64,000 nt of DNA, from assembly GCA_964252035.1 (NCBI GenBank), contig OZ176201.1, one strand, 5' to 3'. The notes beneath the pieces were generated by a model that was not told the origin of the DNA, did not search any database, and saw only the letters and a list, made by a program, of their open reading frames with translations. Every line of letters starts with the position of its first letter. The first letter of the stretch is position 1. The stretch is from Podarcis erhardii (taxonomy: Eukaryota). Of the stretch, positions 35,031 through 48,889 are shown in pieces. A program made the translations under genes and the position numbers.

Positions 35031-37149
35031 TCTCAGTCAAGCAATGCTTTTCATGTGTTCCACACACAGGCACTCACAAAATATGCTTGCCATACAACTC
35101 CGCTAGTAGAACACATGAGCAAGCACACTGAAGTGTATTGAGCTGTTTTTCAGGCATGGTGCTACCATAGCAAGGATGAGATCCTTTCCCACACAAATGC
35201 GTGTAATATTAGTGTGATGACATGTTGTTATGCAATTTTGAACTACCCATATGACCTGCAACTGGACTTGTGCCCCTGCAGAAGGCAGCAACTAATAGCA
35301 AGCTCCATACCCTACCATTGCAGCTTTATTGTGCAGAGAGTCTATGGAGGGAAAACAAGCAAGCGAATGCAAAGGAAGAGGGTGGTTTAAGATCACACAG
35401 CTGAGATCCCAGAGGCGCCTCTAAGCCCTAGCAATATTTTCTAATAAACTTGGTGTTATCTCCTGCCACACAGGAACAAAGACTAGGATAAATGAATGGC
35501 AATAAGACGAAGTATGTGTTGGGCATGGCACAAAAATGTGAGCGGGAAATAGGATCCAGGTGTAACGAACTCTCCCAGGCTGCCCCTCTTTGAAAATAGC
35601 AGCTGTGTGGGCAGACAGGGAAATCACTGGGTAATATCTAAGGCAGATTAAAAATAATAACGATCCGATTTTTAAAAGTTTCTTGCACTTTATAACTTGT
35701 CCTTCCCCAAATGAACCCTCTATGAAACACGATCTGAGTTCACTACACAGAATGCAGAGGCTAACTAAAAGTAACAATGGTTTATTAAAACAATTAGAAA
35801 AAAATAAACATAACTAACCCATGGGTCTCTAGAAAACATAGTAAGATAAAGGCCACGCTTCCACATCAATAAATAACCAAAGAGGAAATTGCTAGATTTT
35901 AGTCCTGTGCCAACACCACTAGCACATTGTGACATACCAAGAAGTGATCAACCTAAAGATAAGCACACCTGTCACCTGAGAGGCGAAACCTACTGACATG
36001 TCAGTGTACTGGTCACCCACAGAAGAACGAAAGTCATGGGGAGAAAATGGGTGTCTGAAAATGGCTTAGCTGCTCTAAGGCACAGAGAAGGCAGCTCTCA
36101 CATTTCACAAGGACATTTCTCCTCTGGTTTCCCAGCCCCTCCCTCCTCTCCCCTCTTTCCCTCCCTCTTTTCCTTGCACCTGCATGAATGATGGATGGCT
36201 CTGTCCCCATTTGCAGGTCTAGCCAACACGCTGGGGAAGCTGCAGGGAGGGCTCCAACTGGAGCACTTGCAGCAGACTAGAAAGAAATAAAAGCAAGGAA
36301 GCTTGCGGAGAGATTTTAGATTAAGCAGGTGATGAATCAAATAAGCAAAATAACTAAGCAACCTACGCCTGCTCTCCACGCCCCCCTCTCCACAACCACA
36401 ACTCCCAAGCTGTGAAAAAGGAACTGGCTCTCAGAAGCTGAGAATATGGGTGGCGAGGGATGGAGCAAAGATGCTTCCTCAATTGTCAGGATGACTCCTA
36501 GCTCATTTGTTGGCCACAAAACTCCTTGGGCTGGCAAATCTGCCGTGTCAAATGGAACAAGCGTTTGGGCAAATATTTGTTAAAAATGTCATTCCACTGA
36601 TTATTCTAGGGGTGCACGGCAAAACAACAGATCTGAGCTTTCAGAGATACTATAAGGGATGCTTCAAGGGTATAGCTAACCTGCAGAGGAAGGTAACCTC
36701 TTTGCTTTTTTTGCCCACACTCCTCATTGCATTACTTTCTTGGGGAAACACTTTTCCCTGTGCTATGACCCGGGGTGGCCTCTGGTCTTTCCTGTCTTCA
36801 GATCTAGGCATCTTTTAAAAAGATAGCACACACTTCTGTTTTTCAGAAGCCTGTTGAGAGAATGCACACTTCCCTGCAAAATTGGAATGCCTGCTATTCT
36901 TACCCTGAACTGCATGCAAGCGTCTGTGTAATTTGTATGGCTGTGATTTGTTTTTCTTATGAAATAAATTAACAGTTTAAAAAAATTACATGCAACTTGA
37001 GAAATGGCAGGAGCATTCATCAGAAAGCCAGTAAGGAAATGCACTAAAACAAAAAAGCATAGTTAGCACCGGAAAAAAACACCAGTAGTCCAGTTCTGCT
37101 GATTTCATGCTATCTCTAACACCACCTATTATATGGTACATCTGCCCAT

Positions 37150-37262
37150 AGCATAGGTTTCCCCAGCCTGGTGTTTTAGACACCAACTCCCATCAGGTAG
37201 GATGGCCAAGACAAGGATGATGGGAGTCCAAAACATCTGGAGTCCCCTGGGAATACGGACTA
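37150..37262. mobile_element. Small hairpin MITE (hAT-derived), degenerate
   Basis: AACTCCCATCA ... GGATGATGGGAGTCCAAAACATCTGGAG. Confidence 0.6.
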
Positions 37263-37264
37263 TT

Positions 37265-37385
37265 AACCCCTTCTGGAAACTGTAGCTTTGTGAGGAAAAT
37301 AGGGGACTCCTAACAACCCTTAACAAATGACAGTTCCCAGGATTCTTTGGGGAAAGCTATGACTCTTAAAGTGGTATTCCAGTGC
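37265..37385. mobile_element. Old squamate interspersed repeat fragment
   Basis: CTGTAGCTTTGTGAGG...GGACTCCTAACAACC...ACAGTTCCCAGGATTCTTTGGGGAAAGCTATGACT...AAAGTGGT, a motif I recall as common in lizard genomes. Confidence 0.45.
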
Positions 37386-38133
37386 GGGTGCAGTCAGGAC
37401 AAGAATCTGTGGGAAAGTTGCTATGGATCTAGCCAGCTATCTTCAACTTTTCAAGACCTGTAAGCAGACTCACCTTTAGTCCAAACATGTGCTGGGGGAC
37501 CCACTTCTCCTTTTTATTTTTTTACCATACGCTTGTATGGTGGTAGTGCTGTTGCTGAAACCCATTTTAGGTCAGGCTACAGGTACCTGGTAGTGAGTCC
37601 CAATCCACTAGCTGAAATCCAGTGATCATTCTAGGCCTTCTCAGGTGTATTTGCTTTTCAGATCTCAGCAAAACCATGTGAAATGTTTGTGATTTGAAGG
37701 AACATCTTGAACATATAGGGTGAAAAGTCAGGAAGTAAAGCTAGCAGCAAGGTCAGGCTCCCAAGCATGCACTGAGCTCAAGGGCCTTTGCTCAACGTCC
37801 AGATTATTTTTATCCTGCCGTGTGATCTATTCCCAGTCCCCTGAAATCCCATTCCAAAGAAAGGCTGGGAAAACTGTGTCTGAAAGCCCAACAATTTCAT
37901 ATCCTGTCTAGTTTTCTCACTCCAAGGAGGGGAAACAAATTCTAAAAACAGCATGTATGATGCTTGGGCTTTCCATCTTTAGACTAGAGAGTTGGGAGAC
38001 AGAATTGTATGTGGCTGTGATTTCACATGGAGTGTCTACATAGGCTTGGGAAATATGTGCTCAAGTATCATGGCGGTACATATCTATTATAGCTTATTCC
38101 CAAATTCAAAGAAGATGGCCAATGCTTACAACT

Positions 38134-38140
<7 letters not shown>

Positions 38141-38174
<34 letters not shown>

Positions 38175-38219
38175 GTCTCTCTGTCTCTCTCTGTCTCTCT
38201 GTCTCTCTGTCTCTCTCTG
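38141..38219. repeat. Compound (CT)n/(CTCTGT)n microsatellite
   Basis: Direct reading. Confidence 0.95.
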
Positions 38220-39285
38220 TTTATGGGTTGAATTTAGAGGTGGGGGATTTATTCACAAAGATCTTTCCATTGCTTTCAAAGAAGGAGCAGAACTGTCTTC
38301 TGTGCCCTCCAGATCAAATGAAATCTAGCCTACTCACATTTACAAAGTTTGCCAACCACTGGCTAATGCAAATTTTCACTATCCGTAATCCTAAAAAACA
38401 AATCAGAAATAAAGGACGTAACAGGAGTCAGGATTGGTGAACACGGCAGGACAACCAAAAGATACAGAGGCCCAGAAGATCTCAAGAGGACCTTGTTGTT
38501 TGAGCAAAGCTTAGCTGCAAGAGGAAGCCCTCTTATAGTCCTTCCTACCCAAGGGAATTCACAGCTTGTCTGTGTGGGCAGGGTCAGTTCAGAGCCAGAA
38601 GGTAGTAAACTGCTTATGCAGAGACTGCAACTTGCAATTCAGCAGCTCACTCCATGGACACCTGCAAACAAACCCAAAGGCTCCCATTTCTAACTCCAGC
38701 AGTTTTTGACAGATGCAATTATAGAATCAGACTTTGCACTGTAGTTCAGTTATTTCCCCAGTGTTTTATGAGGTAAGCATGTAAAGCAAGAAACATGTCT
38801 CCTGTAGATGCATGGCACGGAGTCGCAGAAAACGGTAGGTATTGGGTGAGTGTGAATGCAATGCAAGCTCCCAAGTACTTAAGTGTGCAGGTATTCACTT
38901 AACAAACAGTAAGCATGGTTCAAACCATGGCACCATGGAAGTGTGAAGAACCTCAGTACTAACTCAAAGACTAGCAAGGTGACAGAAAAGTTCAAGCTCA
39001 GGTTAAGAAGGCACAAGAAAGCTATTAGTATCCTGTGTCCTCCTTGAGCATTAAGCATGACCTTGACAAGGAATCAAAGCCCTGTTGTACCTAGTACAAT
39101 AAGTGTATCTGGGAGTGCCAGATGATCTTTGCAGTCAAGAGAAAAGATACTACTGAGACCAAGCCCCAGTGATTGGAGACAAAGGTCTTGACATATTTAC
39201 AGAAGATCACAATCCTCTTGAAGGCCCCGAGATCAGGTCAGCAAGCTCCACAGCCTATCACACCAGGCCCTGAGAGCACTTACAG

Positions 39286-39419
39286 CAGGTGTGGGGAACA
39301 CCTTTGGCCCTCCAGATGTCACTGTGCTATGACTCCCATCAGACCCAGCAAGCATGGGCCTCAGATGATGGGAACTGCAGTTCAGCAACATCTGAAGGGC
39401 CAAAGGTGTATCACACCTG
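39286..39419. mobile_element. Small hairpin hAT MITE with 8-bp TSD
   Basis: CAGGTGTGGGGAACACCTTTGGCCCTCCAGATG ... CATCTGAAGGGCCAAAGGTGTATCACACCTG; flanks ACTTACAG (39278-39285) and ACTTAAAG (39420-39427), 7/8 match. Confidence 0.9.
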
Positions 39420-42400
39420 ACTTAAAGGCAGCTCACAAATGGCAAGAAATCCAAACAGACTTAAAACCATCCTACCAGCCTGAGAACAAACTACATCTCT
39501 GCCGCTGCAGTTACCTCTCCCTCGACAAAAAAGGGACCTATTCTATTACATGGATGGAAGGAGGTAGAAAATTAAAGGTGAAGAGGGTAAGAATAGCTGT
39601 TTTTTCTATCACAATTCTTCCAATGGGTCAAAAGCTGCTTTTGTATTATAAAAGTGGTCAACACCAGTTTCTTATCAGATCAACAGGCTACAGTTCACTG
39701 CTCTGTCGAGCCCAATGCAATCTTTCCACGGAGTCGCTGGTCTGTCCCTAACTTGTCATTAACCAGGATCCCCCAAGGGCCAATTCAAATGTTCAGCTAT
39801 TAAGGATGTACAGCCCACTCACTTGAATGTACTACCTCAGCTTCTAAATGGGGAACCATAAAAATGACTACCCCGTGTCAAATAGGTCCAGAAGCATCCA
39901 TTAATGGCAGGCAACTTGGAGATGAGCAGCACAGAAATACTTCAACTAGCAGACAAGAGTAAACACCAAAATTCTTCAAGTGATGAGCAGCATTAAGAAT
40001 GGAACCAGGTTGTGGCAACTGTCCCACCTTAAGAGGCTGTAGGACTTGGCTATGGGGACTGGCAGGTACCCTCCTAATGTTCAGACTTCTGCTCTCACTT
40101 CTGAACATGCTCAAGTCTCACAGTGCCTTCTGCAGTTCTGAGAAAAATACCAGGTAAGAAAGAGCAGTCAGTTTCTCAGCACAAATATGTAAGCCTTAAA
40201 AAGCAGGTACTGTTTTAAGACAAGCAACAAGACATGGCCAGGTTCCAAACAATAGAACTGCCCCTGTGCTCAAGAATTGGAGGGGCCTGAAATTTCTAGT
40301 TCTGAAATGAAAGTTTGCACTTCAGGAGAAAGCCGTAACTAGATAGCCACAGAATACAGAGTCCTTCCAGATTGGTGGTTTGTTTTTTTCCAGGTGCGTG
40401 CTGCAACATGTCATTGACGCAACAAAAGTGTGTTAGTGTTGGATTTTTTTCCTGGACCTTCCGCACATCATTCACCTTTATTTCTTGTTCTGTGAGGCTT
40501 CCCCCATGCTACTGCATTACTGCTGTCTGGGAGGCCCCTCTTGCAACAAAATGAGGACAAATAAAAAATGCCCCAGAATGTATGTGGTACAAAAAGTTAC
40601 ACGATTTCTGCAGGAAGTTACAAGACATCCACCAATTGGAAATAAAGCAGGTGCAAAACTTAATTGAAAGTGGGGTCACATATAACCACCATGATGCCAT
40701 CGAAGCCACAACAGAAAAGATGTCTGGTGGTGTCCCATGCAGTATATTGTATTATCATAATCTAGGCACTGTGTGTGAGAGGCAAAAGCTCTGTATATAT
40801 TTTGTTGTCTATTTGGCAACCCTACAGGTTTTTTTCCAGCCTGCTCTACTCAATGGAGTACACCTTCCAGCAACTGTATGATGTCTCCCCCCTTCTCCAA
40901 AGTTCACAGTTGTGTGAGAATCTCATGGTTCTGGGCCCCCAGTGTTGGCAGCAAACAGTGAGGCCAGATATCACATTCAAACCCCCTGTAGCCTCCTGCT
41001 TTTCAGTAAGCATTCTCAGCATCATACACTCAGCTCAGATAATTCATCCAGAATAAAAATAATTTCCCAATGATACGATTATAATTGCTAACAAACCCAC
41101 CCTTAAATGTTAATATAGTCAGCTATTTTTGTCCACACTGATTTTTCTCACCCTTTTAATACATGGAGGGTGGTTCTTTTTCCTCTTCTAACCCCTTGTT
41201 ATGCTTTTGATCAAGGGTGCGTTTTTTACAATCACAAATGAATTTTAGGTTGGACCTTCCAGCCTTTCAGCCTAACGGATGAATGGAAAAAGTCCACTTA
41301 TAAAGAGCTCCAATAATTAGCTATGATAATTTAACAATGCTGTGAGCGAACTAATATTATCTCTAGAGCTCTCATTAAAAAAAACCAACACTAAAAAAAC
41401 CCCACCACTCTGCAACTACAACTCTGCAAAACTGTCATATGGGAAGGAACCATTCCAGGGTTTTTTTTAGTTTATAAATATTTCATCCACTCCCGGGGCC
41501 ATTGTGACACTTTCCTAACCCCCATTGTCCTGCAGTTTGTTTGCACCGTATGTGCTTTCTACATTGCCATCAAAGGAGGACTTCCATGTTTCTTCTTTAC
41601 TTCCGTCTATTAACACATCATTGCAACATATCTTATTAGGGTCCATCCCTTCCCGGTGGAAAATTTCTGAAGATGTTGTGGCATGACCAAACACATTCCC
41701 CATCATGGCAACAATTATCCCTGCTCAACTACAATCCCTGTTATTATAAGATTTTTTGGGAAACATAGCCAAGGGCATGCATAGGGTAGAGACACTCTTT
41801 CCTGAAGGCCAACATTTTTGCAGTTTTTCTCTCAGCACTGCTGGAGAATATAAACTGGAGTCAGCACAAAATGAATGGCTGCAGCCTTAAAGCAGCACCC
41901 ATATTTTCCATTCTGTCCTATATGGGTTCCTCTAATACTCCTCCCTTACTACAGTATCTGAGTTACCAACAAGGCACCAGTGTACTGACATCTGGCAGGC
42001 TCAGAGATACAGTCACCCTGAGCTTAAAAGCTAACAGCAGATGAGAAAAACTTCTATTATTCATGGCATCTGATTAACTCATTGGTATTAATGATCTGCA
42101 CACAATGCAAAGTTATGACATTTGTTTAGGTCACAGGGATCCGGAGTACAAATTTGTTGTGAAGACACAGAGGAAATGGACTATCTAGAGACTCCAGAAA
42201 TACTGTCCTCATGTCCTCAGAGTGTTAATGTCCAGAGGAGAATGAATGAATGAAGATGGGTGGGGAGGGAAGAGCAATAGAATCTGTCTGGATTTAAGCA
42301 AATATTCCACACACACCCTCCAAGATTCAGACATTTGTCTGCACTGCCCAAATATTACCCTTTTTCGTCGGTTTGCCTGTTTGACAATTCCTGTTCTGCC

Positions 42401-45400
42401 GGAAAACCTTTTATTTGCCCTTTATTTCATGGTACTTCTATGACAAGACACTTCAGACTGAAGGCTAATAATCCACAACACCGGAAAAAGTATGAACAGA
42501 GTGTGAATTAGGTGCAGGACTGCACTGCCATATATCATGTTCTCATGGGTTGAAACCATCCGTATATCAGCCAGAGGTCTAGAATCTTCACATCACCTAT
42601 ATGTGCAACTACACTGAAGAAATGAAAAGCTACAATAAGGGGAAGACATACTTTCCAGACTCTGAATTAAAGTTCTGTACTACAGATTCTCCTCTTCCTC
42701 AATCATCAATCATAGAAGCCTATTGGACTGAAGTACATATGGCTGTCCAATGATAATAAATGACAGGTTGTGTGGTCCAGCAACAATATCTCAATGGCCA
42801 CAGGTTCCTCTTGTTGGGAGGGAATTTTGGGCAGCAGATAAAGAAAGTGGAAGAATGGGCTGAGAAGCAGGATGGCTCTCTCACCAAGATCTGTTCAAAC
42901 TCTCCTCTTTCAGTGCCAAGCATTATTCTCCCAACCATCAGCTAAAAATCTACCTATGCGACCAAGGAAGAAATCCATTCAAAGGTGAAGTGTTATCACT
43001 TGTGATGTCTCAGTTGCATTCCATGGATGTATCAACACTTAGTACCCGCACTGGTGCTGGCAATGGTAAGGCCATGTGGCTGTGGGTTTTGATGTGAGGT
43101 TGTCCATATGTGTGAGAGCACCACAGCCAATCTCATTGCAAGCCTTGCTAAGAAGAGAGTGCCTCCCCCCATCTTTCTCAAAGCAGAGCCATTAAATCCA
43201 GAATTGCACTTGATTTAAAGAGTTGTGTTATGCAAGTCTCTAGCCACTCTGAGAAAATATTTAACTGGAGCAAAGCTTTTGCAGGAATATGGGCCAAACT
43301 ATCACGTCTCGATATAATTTACTTTCAAAATATCAGCAAATATGGAAATCACATTCTTTGAGTCGTTTTTAATATCAGAAGATGAATTTTTAGAAGACGG
43401 GTGCAGGGCACAACTAGCCTGCTAGATCAGGACGTACCCGACTCAGACCTGGGCTTGGCATACAAGTGTGAGTTGCATGCTATTGTTTTTTTAAAAAAGC
43501 AATAATTTAGAAAGGGCAATTATTCATTCGATTATGAAGGGTAACAATTATCATATTACCATAGATCATGTTATTTCCCCTTGAGTGCACTACAATAGTT
43601 CAGGATAACAAATGGCAAGAAGGTGCCAAGAACTGAGTAATAAATAATACTTTTGAATATTTTTCAGAAGGTTGACCCGGTATGCGTATGTACATATCAA
43701 CACATGTACCCAGTTCACCCTGTAGCTCAAATCTGTCCTCAAGAACAACCATCCACTCAGGAGATGACTAAATCATATGTCCCATCACCAGCCTGGTCTA
43801 ACCAAGCCATACCTATTTTATTGCTAGAGTTGCCTAGGACCCCACATTCACCTCACTGTCTCTTTGCAAGCGACTTGCCTTGAGAAATTTCATTTCCAGA
43901 AACCTCATTTTCTGGGTCATGAGGAGGACGTGAGGGAGATATCATCTCCAGGACCTTGTGAGCCTGGAGCGTAGATTCAAAATGACAAGCAGCCAGTGCC
44001 TGACTACTGGGCACAATAGATCTATTAATTAGGAAGCATTTTGTATTGTGTTTGCCAAGGTACAAATGAAGGAAAACTGTTTGCAGAAAGCATAACCCCC
44101 AACCTACAAACCCTTTCTCCAGGGGAATCTAGAATTCCGCAGGAGTCAGATAGTGCTGTTCTCTACCCTGCACTGCTTGTTCTCCAGGCCACCAGAACCA
44201 AAATGTTCTTGGTACAAAGATAGATAGATGAGGCTATGACATTCCCCCATCATCTTGCCTTCTTATCCTTGTTACTAGAAAAAAAAATACTTACATTAAT
44301 TTAGGTTTGTTTGAGCAGTCCCTCCACCCCCATTCAAATCTACAGATCTCCTGGCACCAGTGCCCGATATGCTATTTGCCACAGAGGAAAACTGATGTTG
44401 GAAAGCCTGTATTTGGGGGAAGACTGGGGCTTGACCCTTTGCCTAGAAAGGGAAAAGCATATGATCACTTCTATCCAAAAGTTCTGAAAGAACTTAAATC
44501 TGAATTCACCCTCTCTCTTTCTCTGGGGGCTTCTGGTCAAAAGAACTGCAGCCAGCGGATGAAACCCAAGGTGCAGCTTCATTTCTGGAGGAGGCTATTT
44601 GCTAAAATGGGCTTACATGCCTGGCACAGCACACAATAGCGTTTCAAGGTAGCTGCGTAATATGCCCCCTTCATAAACTTTGAATGGCTCCAGCTCTCCG
44701 GCAGCAAGGAAAGCAGCTTGCAAATATCATGTGAGCGGCAGCTCCAGTTACCCGGGGCCCAACTGTGCTGCATCTCTACCTTGCTTTTATCTGATCCATC
44801 TCCCTGCTTGGGAGCAGACCATCATCCACTCCTTTGATACTGTTGCTTTCGGTGGCTAGGAGCTGCTGGACTCTGAATGCAGCTGGTGCTCCAACGCCTC
44901 CAATGTCACCTTGGCAAGAAATGCTGCAGCTCAAACTTTGGAAGGGGGGCAGGAGAAGAAAGCAGGAAACAGATAAAGGCGGCACTGTGACTCTGCTTGA
45001 GAAGGAGAAAGAGTCGTGGAGAATGGGAATAAGGGATCACCACTGCAAAAGATCTCTGCTCTATCCGCGCCCACTGGCCTGCCAAACAAGGCTATGCAAA
45101 ATAAAAGTAGGTTAGTACAGGAGCCTGGACAGACGGTGCCTGTTGCATCCCCACCTTGCTATCCACCTGCAGACTTCATGCCCTACGCCCTTTGCACCTA
45201 GCACCATTGCAGACACCCCCATCCCACCAACCATAGAGAATGCAAAGCAAACTACATTTCTTTCTTGGCACCCTAGGCTGGCATCTGGTTCCATAGTTCT
45301 GCAATCCTGCTTTTCCAAATGACCCAGCAGATGCAGAATGTTACCTAAAGATATGCTAAATTGGCTCATGAATATATATAAGCAAACAGAGACAGTTGCA

Positions 45401-46059
45401 ACTAGGTATATTAGTCTCTGCTACTCATGACAGGTACAGCCACTCCTGGCACACTGCCGCTACTTGGTACTGAACGGATCTCCTAGAGACGCCTTTTGAT
45501 TGTCATTGTGCTAGTTTTTCCGGTTGCTCCAAATCACCTTCACGCCAGCACAGAACTCTGGGGCACAGAGGAGATTCTTTGCTGTGGCAATTTCCTGTGG
45601 GCAGGAGCTGGATCATCGATACCTTCCTTTCCTTGGTATTATAAAGAGAACAAGGCACACAGTGGAGTGCCTGGTAACTGTCCCCGTCAGCAGCTTTCTC
45701 AGACCTTGAAGTGTCCTCAAAAGCTACCGTATTGATGATGCGAGGCAGGTGCCGCCAAGGGTGGTTGGAGGAAAAACCGGCTTCGTACACACAGACAGCT
45801 GATATCGACTCACTTTCCTTACACTGCTGCTAGCAACGCAAGCCAGGAGCGGCAAAGTCATGTGCAATGGAAACGGAGAGAACGGAAAGGAGGGAGGGGA
45901 AACGCCTTTTAATACCAAAAGAAAAAGAACAGCACCTGTGCCAATATAAAACTAGCTACTTCCAAGTATCTCTTGCTTTCTGCAGAACCAAGGGAACTAG
46001 AGGAGTGGTAAAATTGGGCCAAAACAAATGTGATACGGGAAGATTTGTGATTAGATCTT

Positions 46060-46400
46060 CCAACATCTTCAAGGCAGCTGAGAGGGGAGGGGTGTGTGCT
46101 AATTTGATTTGGGAAGTGGCGCCAGTGGAGGGGATGTTTAACCCTTTCAAATTGGCACCATTTCCCTGTACTGAACCCTCCCCTCTGCCCAGAGTCACCA
46201 TTAGCTGAACAGGGAGCAAAATGCAGTAATCTTTAAGGTGCTTGCATTTTTCTCTCTCCATGGGGTGGGAGGGTGTCTGGTTGACAGAAAGAGTAGGGGC
46301 ATTGGAAGGGTTAAAACACATCCTCCAGCAGCGCCACTTCCCAGATTAAATTAGCACACACACACCCTCCCTCACTTGTCCTCACAGATGTTTTCAAGAA
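46060..46400. repeat. Long imperfect inverted repeat (about 75-80 bp arms, about 135 bp spacer)
   Basis: 46092-46122 GTGTGTGCTAATTTGATTTGGGAAGTGGCGC versus the reverse complement of 46331-46361: 29/31 identical; similarity extends on both sides. Confidence 0.9.
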
Positions 46401-48889
46401 AAGGAGAAAAATCAGGAGATCTGATGACAGATCTCGGACACCACGTCTGTTACTCTGCACTGCCTTCATCTCTAAGGAACCAAATTCTCATCCGGGCTGA
46501 ATCCACAAGAGAGAAAAAATTGCTAGTGAGCAAATCAGAGACTTAGGCAAGGGGCTTCCAATCTGATTTACACATTATGCTATGTATGGTCTGTGCTCAT
46601 GCATGAGGACAAAGAGCAGGCTCACAACTGCTGCCACCCCATCAACTCTATACCAGCTTTTCCCACAGCAGTCATGATTGACATGCCCACTGCAAAATGG
46701 GAATATTTATCTCCCCATCACACTTTACACCTTTACTATACCAGTGTAAGAAGGAACCAGTTCTTCCTATGCAATATGTGTGTGTATTTGCTGAAGGGGG
46801 GTGTTTTTATTTTTGTTCAGGAGTGGTTGTGGTGATTGGCCTATCAATATATATCTTAGGATAAAAGAAGGCAGGGATGTGTCACGTTCTGTACCAGATG
46901 TGAACCACATTCTTCTCTAGAGATCATAAAAATCCAGCAAATGGCATTGATCTTCTCAACACAACATCCTAAACAGAACAGGGAAGTAGAACATCTGTCC
47001 ACACTCTTGTTCAGGCTGGATGTAAGACTAGCAAAATGATGTGATGGCGCGGAATAACCAGCAATAAGTCGCCGCAGGAACATTTGTAGCATGTTATATC
47101 ATGGCTCTGAATCATAAGTCATCAGACCCTCTAATAGAATATATCACATTATCACAAGGAATGAACAGGAACTTTGTTGAATGCAGGGTGTGTGCAAAGG
47201 ACTTCCTACCCATGACTCGGTTTGCTCTCCTCTCCCTCCCCATACATGAACTACTTTATTAAGTGGATTGCACTATGATTGCTTTTCAGTTCTTACAGAC
47301 ACTGCTCTACCCCAGTCAAGTGCTGCTAGAGAAATCTGGCACTCTTACTAACCCTAGCTGACCATCCCTGCTGCATCAGGAAAAATGCTAATGGGCCACC
47401 ATTTTTGGCATCCTGAGTTCGGTACGAATGGAGAGTGGCTCTGAGCCATGTTGGCTGTGATGTTGTGTTGTGAAGTTACTGAAAGTCAGAAGCCCAGCTG
47501 AACTAGAACGTCTACTTTCAGTAAATCCAAGGGATGGGGATAATCCATGTTCAGCAATTTGTTGTTGTTTTTAACAAAAAAAAGTTACAGAAGTTCACAA
47601 GTTCAGAGATCTCAGCCCAGTTTGGGGTGTTTGCTAAGCAAGTCAGGTGTTTCACACTGTGCCTCTCAAGGATGGTGCAGGGAGGGTCATTGCAGGTCAG
47701 TGGGTAGACTCATGCAATAAAGCAGGATGCCCCCAATCCCCAGCAAAAGTAATGTAGAAAATGGAGATGTCCCAGAAATACATGTGCGGTATTTACTACA
47801 AATGTTACTACAAATTTCCTTGCAACTACATGAAAGCTTTGCCAAACCAAATGAGCTGACAGCCAAACTCCTTGGATTTCTTGGAGCTGACTCTCCTCTG
47901 ACCCTCCTTTGCTGAGTGCCAAACTCCCAGTGTGTTTTTGTGGCTTATGCTGGATCTTCTCTAAAAGCTTCCTCCAGCAGTGGCGCCAAGGAAGACAAGA
48001 AAAGGAAGCGGTGAAAATCATCAGTATTGTGTAGCAAAATCCACTGGTTGTGCTGCGACACTCCTTTGGTCTGTGCATCTAAATGCAGCATCTGAACTTA
48101 TTACCAAGCCTACTGCTGGGCTTGGTTCTAGATGAGCCAGGATGCTTCTGATAAGACTCCCCATGTTCCCAGCAATAATGCAGAAATAAATATGCAGAGA
48201 TAGATGCAAGCGGCTGGCGAGGGCACCTCAGACAGTAGCCACAAAGGGGGAAAGGAGAAGGAGTTTGCAACCCACAAAAAATCTTTCTTCCATCAAGACT
48301 TTAAACATGCATGGGCTACACTGTACACAAGCCAGGAGGAAAAATCTGAATGGGTCCCCCACTAGGTACCGTCATATCCATCTGCAGGCAGAGAATAAGC
48401 TACAGGAGGGGATAAAAGGTGATGTCCTCTCTCTTTTTAAAGTGGAATATAAATAGGATTTAAACAACACCACCCATTTATAGTGAGCCTTTCTAAAAAT
48501 TGCTCAGTTTGCATTGTTTAAATTTAATACAAACAGGTTGTGGTCCAAAAAGAATAAATAGAAGAGTATTTTGCATGGTGAAAAACCTGTATCTGCTCAC
48601 ATTTTAAATTTGCAATCCTAAACAAAGTTATTAGAGACTATTCTCCATTGAACTTTTTTCTTCTTCAAATAAACATGTAGAGGATTTCACTGCACACATT
48701 AGAAAGGTTAAGTGTGGATGAGCCCATAAATGAGCTGTAGCACTATAATAGAAGTGGTTGCTGCTGTATCCATTACAGTACTAGCTCCTATTAATGTAGC
48801 CTGGTTCTCTGAATTGCAGCTTCTGGAAAGGACTTTTGCACAATGGTGGAGCTTCTGGCCCCTGCATCCTGGAACCCAATAACCTAGGT

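Noticed and set aside
39173-39751. 192-aa plus-strand ORF
   Set aside because: Non-ATG start, spans a 134-bp MITE, no domain recognised.
40582-40881. 99-aa ORF with helical, charged character (possible transposase or LINE ORF1 fragment)
   Set aside because: No catalytic or family motif recognised; cannot be supported without a protein search.
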